Source: Octopus sinensis (lineage: Eukaryota). Taken from it: a stretch of DNA of 64,000 nucleotides. Shown in pieces: positions 50,950 through 63,800 of this stretch. A program made the translations under genes and the position numbers. Each line of letters starts with the position of its first letter. Within the stretch, counting starts at the first letter, position 1. Location of the stretch: assembly GCF_006345805.1 (NCBI RefSeq), contig NC_043001.1, forward strand, positions 65,038,001 to 65,102,000. Reading direction: 5' to 3'. The notes under the pieces were generated by a model, which had not been told where the DNA came from, ran no database searches, and saw only the letters and a list, made by a program, of their open reading frames with translations.

Positions 50950-53320
50950 ACTTGGCAGATAACCAGAAAAAAAAAAACTAATTTTCATTTGAGAAATATT
51001 TTTAATGCCTAAGATAGCATTTCTAATAACATTGGTGGGGGTAGCAGGGAACTGTACCAGGTAACCCAAAAGGAGGCTGGGTGGCAGGTATACATAGCCA
51101 AGGGCGAAGCAGAAAAGAAGAAGTTTGCCAATGTCCAGCGACATGAGGACCAAAGAACTGAAGTATTTCAGATTGCAAGACAGTGTGTGAGAGAAAATTG
51201 TGATGTCACAGGAGAGAAATGTGTCTGCATGGATGATGGTGCACTTGCTTTTAATGATTCTGAAAAGAAGGAGGCTTGGAGAAGCCATTATGAAAGACTG
51301 CTGAATGTGGAGAATGAATGGGAGGAGGAGAGCCTGCCAAATGTTGACTCAGTAGAGGGACCAGCTATCCGAATAGATAGCTCCTTCATCATCATCATTG
51401 TTCGACCGTGGTCGAGACAATGGAATTTACCATGTTGCGCCAGACTTCACGGTCCATCATAGCATTACGGAGGTCCTGTTGCTGGATGCCTGTATCCCTG
51501 GAGATTACATCAGGGTAGGAGAGTGTGCGCCCTCTGGTGTTGCGAGCAGATGGCCTCCAGAGGAGAAGAGTAGAAATTACTTCTTTTTCAGCTCTACAAC
51601 AATGTCCAGCAAACTGGACTCTCCTACCTTTCACAAGAGATGACACAGGTGGTAATTTCCCATATATTTGTACTTTGGTTGGATGGCGCTTCCACGAGAG
51701 ATTTTGAGCTCTCATAAGGAGGCGAGTGTAGGTTCCATCCAACCGCCTCTCAAGCTTCTTTGATAACGTCCAGGCCTCTGAGCCATATAGTAGGATTGGT
51801 TCGACTGTGGCTTTGAATATTTCAAGTTTGAAGTCTCTACTTAGATTTGATGACCGGATCTTATGCATGTCATTACAGGCTGACCAGCTCCTTGGTAGAT
51901 AAAGCAATTAAGGGTATGAAGCCAGGAAAAGCTCCTAACCCATCAGGAATCACTGCTGAGATGCTTAAAATATCTAGTGGTATTTGCTACGGCCTAGTCA
52001 CCCGTATTGTAAACCAGGTAGTTCAAAATGGAGCCATACCCAATGACTGGCGTAGTAGCACCATAGTTAACTGCTACAAGGCTAAAGGTGGTGCTCTAGA
52101 TAGAAATAACTACAGGGATAACAAACTGCTGGATCAGGTGATGAAGGTCATAGGGAGGGTCATAGCGCATCTCATTAAGATGAGATGCCGTTCAGTTTTG
52201 TTCCGGGTAGAAGCATCACTGATGCTATATTCCTGGTTCGACAACTGGCCCTCATAGCAGAATCACTACCAGAACTAGAGAAGAAATTTCAGGGGTGGAA
52301 GCAAGGTTTACAATCAAAAGGCCTTAAAGTCAATGTAGCAAAGACCAAAGTTCTAGTAAGTAGGAAGGTGAACTCATCACACTGCTTGATTTGTAGAAAA
52401 GGTGTTGGTAGAAACTCCATAAGATGTACCCAGTGTAAGCTATGGACACATAAGAGGTGCAACAACATCAAAGGAAGATTAACCGGGAAGATAGCTTTTG
52501 TGTGAACTAGATTCACAGGGGGAATAAACACCGCAGGTGCTCAGAAAACAGATTCCATCACATGCCAGGGGGAGAGACTAGAAGTAGTTGATAGCTTCCA
52601 CTACCTAGGTGACCAATTTCTGTAGTGGGGGTGGATGCTCAAAGAGTGTTACCACTAGAATAAGAATAGCCTTGGCAAAGTTCAGAAAGCTTCTACCCCT
52701 ACTGGTGACAAAGGGCCTCCCGCTCAGAGTGAAAGGTAGATTGTATGATGCATGTGTGCGAACTGCCATGTTTCACACAGAAAATACAGGTGTATCAAAT
52801 ACCGTACAACATAAATTCTTGATTTATTGAAATTATCTCTATCTCCGGAGAATATAGCACAATTTGCCACGTCATTTGAATTCACGACAGTGAAACATGG
52901 GCTGTGACTGTGGAGGACATGCATAGGCTCAAAAGAAAGGAAGCTAGCATGATCTGCTGGATGTGTAATGTCAGTGTGCACACACAACAGGGTGTAAGCA
53001 CCCTGAGAGAAATGCTGGACATAAGAAGCATTGGATGTAGCATGCAAGAGAGATGTTTGCGCATGTACTACAGATGGATGAGGAGAGCTGTGTGAAGAAG
53101 TGCCACTCCCAAACAGTTGAAGGAATCCAGAGTAGAAGTAGCCCCAGGAAGACATGGGATGAGGTAGTGAAGCATGACCTTCAAACGTTGGGCCTCTCAG
53201 AGGCAATGACGAAAGACTGAGACCTCTGGAGATATGCTGTGACTGCAAAGACTCGGCAAATAAAGTGAGTTCACAGCTATATCCTACACCAGTTTCGCAT
53301 AACCAGCTCCAGCCCATTCA
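50950..53320 (+). mobile_element. Decayed RTE LINE with internal deletions and two insertions
   Basis: MKPGKAPNPSGITAEMLK, PNDWRSSTIVNCYK, KGLKVNVAKTK, RVKGRLYDACVRTAM. Same family as 40290-45050. Confidence 0.85.
51387..51885 (-). mobile_element. Young 5'-truncated RTE-X LINE 3' end inserted in the RTE
   Basis: Uninterrupted 170-aa frame (VEPILLYGSEAW...RVQFAGHCCR...LLLWRP), (TGA)n tail, and TSD AGCTCCTT at 51379-86 and 51886-93. Confidence 0.9.
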
Positions 53321-53815
53321 AAAGTACCTTGGATCGTAGGGTGACCTGCTATGCTTGAGGAGACCTATTGAGTCAAGTACATCAATATCAAAATGAAAAT
53401 CAAATGGAACTTGTTGCTGTGATAATCGTGCCGGTGGCACATAAAAAGCACCATCTGAACATGGCCAATGCCAGTGCTGCTTTGACTGGCTTCCGTGCTA
53501 GTGGCATGTAAAAAGCACCCATTACACTCACAGAGTGGTTGGTGTTAGGGAGGGCATCCAGCTGTAGAAACATTGCCAGATCAGACCGGAGCCTGGTGCA
53601 GCCTCCTGGCTTCCCAGACCCCAGTCGAACCATACCACCAATGCTAGCATGGAAAACAGATGTTAAACGATGATAAAGATAATGATGATGATGATTGGGA
53701 GGGAGAATTCAAATGAGTTGGCAAATTGTGCTATATTCTCTGGAGATAGAGATAATTTCAATAAATCAAGAATTTATGTTGTATGGTATTTGATACACCT
53801 GTATTTTCTGTGTGA
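52773..53815. repeat. 111-bp inverted repeat pair (52773-52883 / 53705-53815)
   Basis: Four mismatches; the left copy interrupts the RTE TAMxHxSETW codons. Confidence 0.9.
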
Positions 53816-54229
53816 TCAAAATCATAATACTGGCCACATTGAGTTATTTCTGTTAGTTCACTTTTGTTTAATTCATGCAAATTATTGAGGCTATAAATGT
53901 ATTCTGCTTTTTTGTATATATGTAAGTCTCTTGGCTGCTGGAAACAGGGTCAGATAATTGTCATGCTGACAAAGCAGAAACATGTGTCCCCAACTGTGCT
54001 CTTACCACTAGACAATGTTTCTGTTATTTTCCTTAATACCCTGTCATTTTGGAGGATTCATCATTTTTGAGATTATTTCCCCTTCACAAGCTGAAATGGC
54101 CTTAATTGCCATGTGGTAATTGTGAAACATTCTCTGGAAGTGGAGAAAATTTTAATAAATGGAAAATTTATATTGTATAGTATTTGATATACCTATATTT
54201 GTTTCTGTCTCTGTTACTGCTTTGTGTAG

Positions 54230-54341
54230 AAATATAGGTGAGCGGGGTCACAATCACCACTGTGATAACAAAGGCGAACAATGGTTTAAACTTTTGGAGC
54301 CATTTATTTTTTACTCATATGTTACATCATGTAACATATGA
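54230..54341 (+). CDS. KIAA1549-like: Candidate terminal coding exon
   Basis: Long pyrimidine-rich acceptor gtttctgtctctgttactgctttgtgtag in the required phase 2; reads (R)NIGERGHNHHCDNKGEQWFK...SCNI*. Competing donors (gtgagc, gtttaa) exist and there is no homology support. Confidence 0.35.
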
Positions 54342-55099
54342 GTAGGTGTACAGCTTGTTTATACAAATGTATGGCAAATGTACAGTAGACTACAAAATAA
54401 GAAAAATACGAAAATGAGACAAACTTAAATACAAAAATTATTTGAACAGGGTTTTACTGATATTTGACTTTCTGATATACAACTTTCTTGTAACAAAGTT
54501 TGATTACAAAATACATTCAACATGTTGATTATGACTGACACACATGGACGAAAAGTACCAAATGAGTAAAAAATGTTGGATACACCAAACACTTTCACCC
54601 ATGGATATACAGTTATCTACACATCATTATATGTCTCAGATTAATATAAGGAAAACAACTACATATATTTAAATTATCTTACGAAAACTTTGTCGGCTCA
54701 TCATTCTAGAAGTAACAGAAAATTGGTCACACTTGTACAAAGCCATATTTGCAGTAATATGAAATAACCAAAGAAGGAGAACATTCAGGGATGACAGCGT
54801 GTTTCCCGAGATATAGATGGATGCAAAAAGACCCCACCTGTTTTTCTGAAAACAAAACAACCTTGATCCCAGATACTAACTGGAAGTGATTCACTTCCGA
54901 CAAGTTGTGAAAACACCCCTCCCCACAAACCATGAAGTATTTACTGATAAATACTAATGGAAATATGTATATTGACTCTACAGATAACAAACACACTGCA
55001 ACGGTACAACTATTTACTCAAATGCTCGCCAGCACCCTCAAGTAAAATGATTTTGGTAATCAGCCACTCTAATTAACTAGACTTAGTTTTCAACTTAAC

Positions 55100-57540
55100 A
55101 GATCTAGCATGTCTGTCCCTTCCTTTGGCTAGCTCCTATACTACTGCCATAGGCCATAAATTCCATGGAGTGTTTTCTCCTGGCATGAGCACTAGATCTC
55201 CAACTGATATATTCCTATGTAATTCTGTCCACTTGACCCGTTTATGTAAATCAGGTAAATACAATTTTAATAATTTAGACCAGAATTGATCTGCTAAATG
55301 TACATGTTTCCATCTTCTACAAAAAGTGTCCCTTTCATCAAATTTACCTGGAGGTACTGTTGAACCTTCCCTAAGCAAAAGTAAATGATTGGGTGTTAAC
55401 GGAGAAGGATCTTTTGGATTGTCACTTACTTTTGTTAGCAGTCTACCATTCAAAATAGATTCAACCTCTGCGAACACTGTCTCTAGAATTTCATCAGTGA
55501 GTCTAACAGGACCAGACAGTAACCTTTCCATAACTCTCCGAGCACAACCTATCATGCGTTCCCAAGCTCTCCCCATATGAGAAGCTGCTGGTGGATTAAA
55601 ACACCGATTTATGTTTTATTTCAATGCATAAGCTTGAATATCAGTCTGAGATAACTTCTGTAAACCCCTTTTTAACTCAGCTCTAGCCCCAACAAAGTTT
55701 GTACCATTGTCTGAGTAAACCTTCTGTGGGTGACCCATTCTAAATATAAATCTGTGAAAATGATTGATGAAAGATTCGGTGTCTAGACTATGTAACATCT
55801 CAATATGTACTGCTCTAGTCACAAGACATGTGAACATACAACTGTAATGCTTTACTTCTGAACAATTGACTTTGACCATGAAATGCCCAAAGACATCTAC
55901 ACCAATGTATGTAAAAGGAGGTTTGTCTGATTCAACTCTCTCCCTGGGGAGATTTGCCATAATTTAAGAGCTGGCTTGGCAAATAATTTCCTACAAACAA
56001 CACATGAACAGATAACTTTCTTGACAACAGATCTGTCACCTGTAATCCAATAATGCTGCCTGATAAGTCATAAAGTCCATTCTCTCCCTACATGAGCTTT
56101 TCTGTAAAAATAAGCAGCAATACACTCAGCAATGACATGTTTACCTGATATTATAACCGGATTCTTGATTTCAGCTGTAGACTCAACCAATCTACCACCT
56201 ACCCTGAGAATACCATCATCATCCAGAAACGGGTGGAGTGATCTGAGGGAACTGGATTTGCTGATACATTTTTTCCCCAATAAACTATCTAATTTGTCTC
56301 CATAATGTATTTGCTGAGCTCTCATGATCAGAGACAACTCTGTAAGCTGGATTTCTTCAATGCATAAAAGTTCCTGTTTGACATTTCTGTTTTTGCACAT
56401 TTTTGCAAATTGAAGCAACCATGCTAAAGCACGTTTCATCCTACATCAGTCTGAATAATGTTCCATGATCCCATCTATAGGATTCATACTACCTATGATC
56501 ATTGCACATCCTAATTGGGTCTTTTCTGATCTCCACATCACCCAATAACAATTCCCCACTATTCTTGTATAGTTGCTATCTAATTTGCCAAACACCAGAC
56601 CTCGACTAACAATGTCCTTGACACATAATGCCACTGATAAGACTAACTCTATTTTCTATAAATATCTGGAATCGTTTGGTTTCATTTATAATGTAAGCCA
56701 AAACTACTTTCGAATCTAACCAAAAGAACATCTGATCAATTCTAATTTCCAATCCCTTTCTCAGGAGAGTGTTAACTGTGACTGACAAAGCGGCTGCTTG
56801 TAATTCCAGTCATGGTATGGTACATTGTTTGAGAGGTGCAACTCTACTTTTGCTTGTGATAAGCTGTGTAGGGATCTTTCCAAACTTGTTGACATACCTG
56901 ATATAGCTACAACAACTGTAGGCTGACAGGCTTGCATCTGAAAAATGATATAATTCCAAATATGCCTCATCAAAACCCAGTGGTTTATTACGGTGCGGAA
57001 TTTACACTTGATTGAGAAACTCCAATGTTTCCAACCACTGCACACAAAGTCCCAAAGAAACTGGTTCATCCCAATCATATTTCTAATGGGTAGCATCCTG
57101 AAAAATCAATTTGCCCAATAATATCTGGGGACCAACAAAGCCAAGTGAGTCATACATCAATGACACAATGCTCAACATTTTCCTCCTCACGACTATCTGA
57201 TTTATTTCTACATTGACCTCAAAGGCAAAAGCATTGACATGATATTCCATTTTAAACTAAGTACCTTTCCAATTGAATCTCTTCACCTCTTTTGCCCTGG
57301 GTTTCTCTAGAATTTCTTCCAACAACTGACTATATTTGACAATAAATTTTATGAGATTGAAACCACCACTAGCTAAAACCAAGGGAACTTCACGCAGAAT
57401 TGTTCTAGCTTTGTCTTTATCTTCTATAGATTTCTATAAATCATCTACATAGAATGACTTGTCAATTAAATCAATTGCTAATGTACTGGCATCTTCACAT
57501 TCTGCAACAATCCATTTAATAGCATAGGTAGAACTACTAC
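55100..57540 (-). mobile_element. Decayed BEL/Pao LTR retrotransposon pol
   Basis: RT SFYVDDL (~57440), RNase H FWLDSKVVLAYI, IN MANLPRERV...PFTYIGVDVFG, SDNGTNFVGA, WERMIG, LTPNHLL, DUF5641-like RRWKH...QFW...VGDLVL. Confidence 0.88.
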
Positions 57541-58032
57541 CCCCCCCCCCCAAACAAATGTGATGTCATGTGATAGCGAACAACCTCACCACCTTGATAC
57601 CACAAAAATCTCAAAGCATCTCTATCTTCCAGTGGAATCTTGACTTGATGGTACATAGATTCAATGTCAGCTATAATGGAATAGTGATGCTGTCTAAATC
57701 TCAACAATACATGCAAAAGTTTGCTAAATAGGTCAGGCTTTGTCTGTAATGTTCATTGAGAGATTTGCCCTGATATTTTGTTGCACAATCAAATACAATG
57801 CACACTTTGCAAAGTTTCTTATCAGAAATAACTGCATGATGAGGAAGAACATCCAACCCTTGCCAGCATGGAAAATGGACATTAAATGATGATGATGATG
57901 ATTATGATATGTCTGTCTGTCATTATTCAGTTTTATTTCAAGATTTGTTGCCAATAGAGAAAGAGCCAGTTTCTAACCTAGATCCAAGGCTCCTTTATTG
58001 GAATTTCAACATCAACAACAGGGTATTTTTTT

Positions 58033-58130
58033 GTGTATGTATGTATGTATGTATGTATGTATGTATGTATGTATGTATGTATGTATGCACGCATGCATGC
58101 ATGCATGTATGTATGTATGTGTGTATATAT
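58033..58130. repeat. (TATG)n microsatellite
   Basis: Read directly from the sequence. Confidence 0.9.
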
Positions 58131-58214
58131 ATGTACAGATTTGTATGTTTTGTTTTATGTATGTCTTCTCATGCATATACTTGCATACCTAGACATGCTC
58201 ATATATACTTAAAT

Positions 58215-60650
58215 GATAAACTTCTGGAAAGTTTTACAGATTTTTATGTTCCTGTGATGGCTTAGATCTGTAGTCTTCAAATTAGCTTTCTCCTTTCTGG
58301 TTTTGAGAAACCTAATTTCTCAAGATTGGTATTTAGGAAGTATGTTACATATCCCAGAACTCCAATAATTACAGGTATCATCAAATTTACCTGGAGGTAC
58401 TGTTGAACCTTCCCTAAGCAATTTGTAATCTGGATAGAGTAACTGCAGATTTCTCAATAGCTCAGCATAGATATTCTGTTTTCACTGATCTTCACCTACC
58501 TACTGGGTAGCTGATTTCCACAACTGTACAGTTTCTCTTCTCTGTCCCAAATTATTATATCAGGTCTATTGTGTTTATATTTTATTGAGGTTTTCACTGG
58601 GACATTCCATCAGTACTCTTTTTTATTATGAGTGGTTATGACTTCCACCATACTGTGGGTTCTTATTTTTAGTGTCCTCAGAGTTATCCTTTCGACGGAT
58701 CTCATTATACAGTGTCCTTGCTACAACATCATCTCTCACCGGTAGATAATTTTAATCTTAGGTCCTCCTGTGCTGTGTGGCACATTGGGTGGAAAGGTTT
58801 CTCCAACATGGTTGGTTGACCGTGGCGATTTCAGCTTCATCCCATGAAATGTCAATGGCTTTGAGGTCATCAATGAAGGTGCAGTGCCAAGTCACTTTAG
58901 GTTGCCCTTGTTTTCTCTTGCTATGCGGTGACTTCCACAGAATGGAAGAGGTGCACTTTGGTCTTGGTGGAGATCGCCCTGCCTGCCCAGATTAGGTTTG
59001 AGTCTTTGAAAGACAACCAAGGCCTTTCCAATCTGGCAGGCAATGTCGTATTTGGTATCTCCATCATTGGCCACGATGCTGCCCAAATATGTGAACTCAT
59101 CAACTTCCTTGATTTGGTGTTGTCCAGTCGTCAAGGAGATGCCATTGTTGTTCCCATCAACATATCCAGTCCTCATGATCTTTGTCTTGTTTGCACTTAT
59201 GCAGAGTCTGATCTTGGTTGTCTCCCATTCCAATCTGTCTGTCAATGTGTGAATGACATTCTTCATCGGTCTGAGGAGTGTAATGTAATTTGGTGAAGTC
59301 AAGGTCAGTCAGGCACCCCAACCCATACCAGAGAATCCCAAATCTGTGTTGGCGCATCACCCCATGCATGACAAAGTCAATTGCTATAAGAAATAGGAGA
59401 GGGGATAGAATGCACCCTTGCTGTACACCAGTCTCAATGGTAAAGTAGTTGATGCAGCCTGTCTCCATTTGAACACAGCATCTAGACTCGCAGTAAAGGC
59501 TCTGAAAGGCATTGACGAAATGCTCAGGAATGCCGAAGTCACAAGCAATGCACCATAATGAACTCTGGTAGATAATACCGTGATGATATTTTTGAACAAC
59601 TGCTTATGATGTGGGTGGTATCTTTGGTGTTAACTCCATAAAGTCTGCATCTCTGTCCCTTTTGTGCATGAGATATTTGGTTGATATTTCCTGTTACTGG
59701 ATTGCAAATGCATACCCTTCAAAATGGGAGGCAGTAATCCAGTTTTTACTTCATGATAGACTGCTTTGATGATCAATGTTACTATCATCTCTAAGCTTTC
59801 TACTAACATATGCATGTATGGTCTTCTGCTCGTATATGCTCATCCTTTAATCTGATGCTACATTGCAGTAGAGCCATGTGACTTCTTTGGGCATGTATTT
59901 AAGGTTATCAGACAAGGAATGCTGCTCAGGAAGCTGCCTTCCAAGTCTTATGATGTTTCAGCCTCATGTATTCAAACTTGGTCATAGGATGCACTTCGAC
60001 ACCTAGTGGTTAAAAGATTCTGCCAAAGGGATATGATACAACATTCAATGGTATTTTGGATTGATGTTAAGCCTCTGCTGTCTTGTTTTCATTTTAGATA
60101 TAGGCAGTCTATATCACTGTTGATGTGGAAATTATGTGTGCTTGTTTGTATCTTCCAGATTTTCACATCAATGGCTTGGATCTCATCAAGCATCCATTCA
60201 AGCAGCCCAAATGCTGGTATGAGTACTGGCATTGCAATTACATTGTGGGACACTGTTTTATTGCATGCAGAGAGTTCTGAGGTCCAAATTTTCCTTATTC
60301 AGCTGTAATATTTTTTAGTGACACGTGTTTTGTTACAGGTGCTATTGTAAGATGTTTTCATCTACCCCTATATACCTGTAACATTCCATATCTGATATAG
60401 GAGAAACAGTCAAGTCATTGATGGAGATGTTACTAGTCTGGTTTACAGTTTCCCTCTTTTCATATAACAGCATTTATCCTGGCCAAACTCCAACCCTATA
60501 TCCTTTGAGAATGTTGTAACCAGGTCAAGGCTCTTTTTCATCTTGTGCATATTCTTTGCATGTAGTTTCAAGTCATCCACAAAGAAACAGTATGTAATTT
60601 TGTTATTTCTGTTTCCTTGTGAACCAGCGAAATATCTGTTATGATGTCAG
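58215..60650 (-). mobile_element. Decayed RLE-type (R4/Dong-like) non-LTR retrotransposon, interrupted by an RTE fragment
   Basis: RT CFFVDDLKLHA (~60575-60600), QEISTKYL, DVVARTLYNEI, VVEISYP, YAELLRNLQLLYPDYK..VIPVIIGVLGYV, terminal GT.KICKTF. Confidence 0.7.
58765..59520 (-). mobile_element. RTE-like LINE RT fragment
   Basis: GVQQGCILSPLLFLIAIDFVM, LTDLDF, ISANKTKIM, VDEFTYLGS. Confidence 0.8.
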
Positions 60651-60679
60651 TGACAATATATGATGTGTGTGTGTGTGTG

Positions 60680-60897
60680 TGTAATAGTATATCACTGTAT
60701 CAAATTTAACCGTATAACAATAAGCAATGTAACAAGAGTTGGTTACCTTATAACCGTTTGCACAATAACACAATAACGCAGAATCAATAACGAGACTAAT
60801 GCTCTCACAGTTCAACCTCAACTATCTACTGGCTCATCTATTTATAGATTGTCCAGTCCATTGACAGTCATGTGTGGGGGTGTCTATTCACTTCACA
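60680..60897 (-). repeat. 3' LTR of a Gypsy element with adjacent PPT
   Basis: Minus strand TGTGAAG...TTACA, internal TATAAATAG, and PPT TTTAAAGGGGAGA (60898-60910) directly before the TG. Confidence 0.7.
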
Positions 60898-63800
60898 TCT
60901 CCCCTTTAAACTATACACTTCTTGTAGAGTGTAGGTGAATACATTTATTTTTTTATTTATTTCTCCCCCACATCTCCCCTTTAAAAAAAAAAATCAACTC
61001 CGAACAGAGTTCAATACTTTTTCCTCTTTGAGCAAACCATTAAAGGCTCTGGAAATTTCCTCCTAATACTACTCCGAATAGATGTGTCAATTTCATCTGG
61101 TAATGATACGCCGAACATAGTGTACATAAAATCCATTGGTTCTTCAATTCTTTTATTATTATCCTCGGTGTATCTTTTTCTCAACTGGTTTGCATATCTT
61201 TTGAAATTGAACCATTGTCTTTTTGCCTATTTTACTATATAGATCATTTTCCCAATTCTATTACAAATAATACCATCTTCCCATGATTGTTTCCCATATC
61301 TGTATATTTTAAAAAGCACTTTTCGCCTACTTTAAAACTTTTTGTTATTGTGCTTTTGTCATTATTGTCATTTCAAGTTTTTTTTCTCTGCTTGACAACA
61401 GTTTGTTGAATAAGGGCTTAGTCTTTCTCATGAACATTAGTTCTAGATTTACTAGATGGTGCATTTGGGTTTGCAGTAACTCTATATACCCTTAGAAATT
61501 TTATTAATGCCAGGTCATAAATCCTTCTGTTGTTCACTTTTCTTAGTGCCCTCTTGAAAGTGTTCAACAACCGTTCCACCTGACCATTTGACCGTGGGTG
61601 ATATGGTGGCATGGATACATGATCAATTTGGAACATCTGGCAGACATCTCTGAACTGAGATCCTGTAAACTGTGTCCCATTATCACAGTTATCCCATTAC
61701 AATGGTATCTAGTATACCATATTGAGAAAATATCTCATGGAAGAAATCAATTATTGTAGATACATAGGATATCTACATTTACTTCTGGCCATTTTGTGTA
61801 ACTATCCACTACTACAAGAAAATAGTTTCTATATAGTGGGCCTGTGAAGTCTATGTGAAGCCTGGACCACGGTGTCTCAGTCTTTGACTATAGTTGATGT
61901 CTTACAATAGGCGATTTTGTTGTCAGAGTGCAGCCTCAGCAGATCTTCAATATTTTTATCCATCTTCAGCCAATACACATAGCTTCTCATAAGTGCTTTC
62001 ATGCAGGACATTCCTGGATGTCCAACATGAAAATCTTTCAGAATTCTTTTTTGCAATGGAAATGGTACAACAATCCTCTGTGCATACATTAGAATGTTGT
62101 CGCATACAGAATATGAGTTTGAATTTAAATTTTCAGTCCGGCATATATTTACTTTATTTTCTTTTAAGGTCACATCCAAAAATGTAATAAAAAAGGAAAT
62201 GTAATAAAAATTTATACAGTATATCTGGCATATATTTACTTTATTTTCTTTCATAGTCATCTTTTGGTGCTTTGGCTTTAATTTCTTCAAAAGTTACAGG
62301 CAATTCATTAATCACATAACACAAAATGCTTTTACATTATTTACATTCAACAGATATTTGTCCTCATCTTGTTTGTTACTAACACGGCTTTTCAGCTGAT
62401 ATACCCTCCAGCCTTTGAACTCAGAATCTTGGGGTTAGTAGCCTGCACTCTTAACCACTATGCCATATATCCCTGGGCAATTATGGAGTGAATTTTAGGG
62501 CTTATAAATCTAATATTTTCCTATCCTTCCTTAATACCGGTTCCTATTTGCTGCTCATATCTGCACTCGGTCTGCTTAGGAGGTTGTTGTGTTCTAGCAA
62601 ATGTACTGCTTCTTTTAGTTTTTGTATTTTCCAGTGGTGTTCTCTGTCTATTATTTTAATTTCATCCCACAGGAGGAGGTGGTCTCCATTTTCCATAAAT
62701 GATCAGCTATACCTGATTTATCAATATCTCCTCGTGTCACAGCTTTGCGATGTTTATCTACCCTTATTCTGAGGGGGTGGCATGTTTCTACCACAACTGC
62801 ATGGGATGGAGTACACGCAGTCTTTGGTCATATTCTCTTCTATTGGTGGTTTTACTCGGAGATATTTGTGAAGTGTTGTATTACTCTTGAATACTGTCCT
62901 GTCATATGGACCGCATATCTTTTGTATCTTTTTGGAGAGGCCTTTCACATAGGGGAGACAGACTGTGGACAGTTTATTGGCCTTATCCTCTCTCTTCTTC
63001 ATAATTGGAGTGGATAGTATACTTTTGGAGTAGTTGTTGCTTTACAGATCGTTATTGAGCTTGATCATTTCTTTGTGGTGTGTATTCTTCATGGTGAGAA
63101 TACCTTATTCACATGTTGTGTATGCAGACTTCTTGATTCACTCTTAATCAATATGTCATTGAGATATGCAATTGTGAAATCACAGTCCACTAACACCGCA
63201 TCCATAATCTGTTAGAAGATTACTGGTGTGACTTTTATGCTAAATGATAGCCTGTTGTATTTATACAGTTCTTTATGAGTGTTAATTGTTAGGTATTTAG
63301 AGCATTCTTTATCTACTTTAATTTATAGATATATATTAGAAAAACCCAATCTATTAAAATATCTTGCCACTATTTAATTTTGTCTTCTGGAGTAGGTAGC
63401 AGATAGTTGAACATTTTAAGACATTTGTTTAACCTAGCGGAAAAATCAGCACACACTCTGATTTTATTCTTTTTCTTAACGTACACAGTTAGTGATGCTC
63501 ATTGAGAATATTCTACTTTTTGAATAACTCCAATTTTTTCTTGTATCTCTAAGTTTATCTGTTCTAATGCTGTGTATGGTGGCACATTTATTTTTGGTTT
63601 AAAAATTGATACTGTATTCTCTTTTATCTCAAATTTTGCTTTGTTTTCAAACATGTACCTAGTTCATGTGAAAACACATCTGGGAATACTTTCTTTAATT
63701 CTTTTTGCAATTTATCTGAGTCAGTGTTAGAACTTGTGCCTGTACCTATTATATTTTTGCAATAGTGGTTAATGGGTAAATCCCAGAGATCAAATTTCTC

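Noticed and set aside
52786-53801. MITE with TA-CAGGTG TIRs capturing an RTE end
   Set aside because: Inverted identity extends beyond the TA and the RTE is colinear across the left copy; a templated insertion fits better.
62525-62580. GAACCGGTA near the third PLE
   Set aside because: One core A is missing and no CUGANGA or stem I is recognisable.
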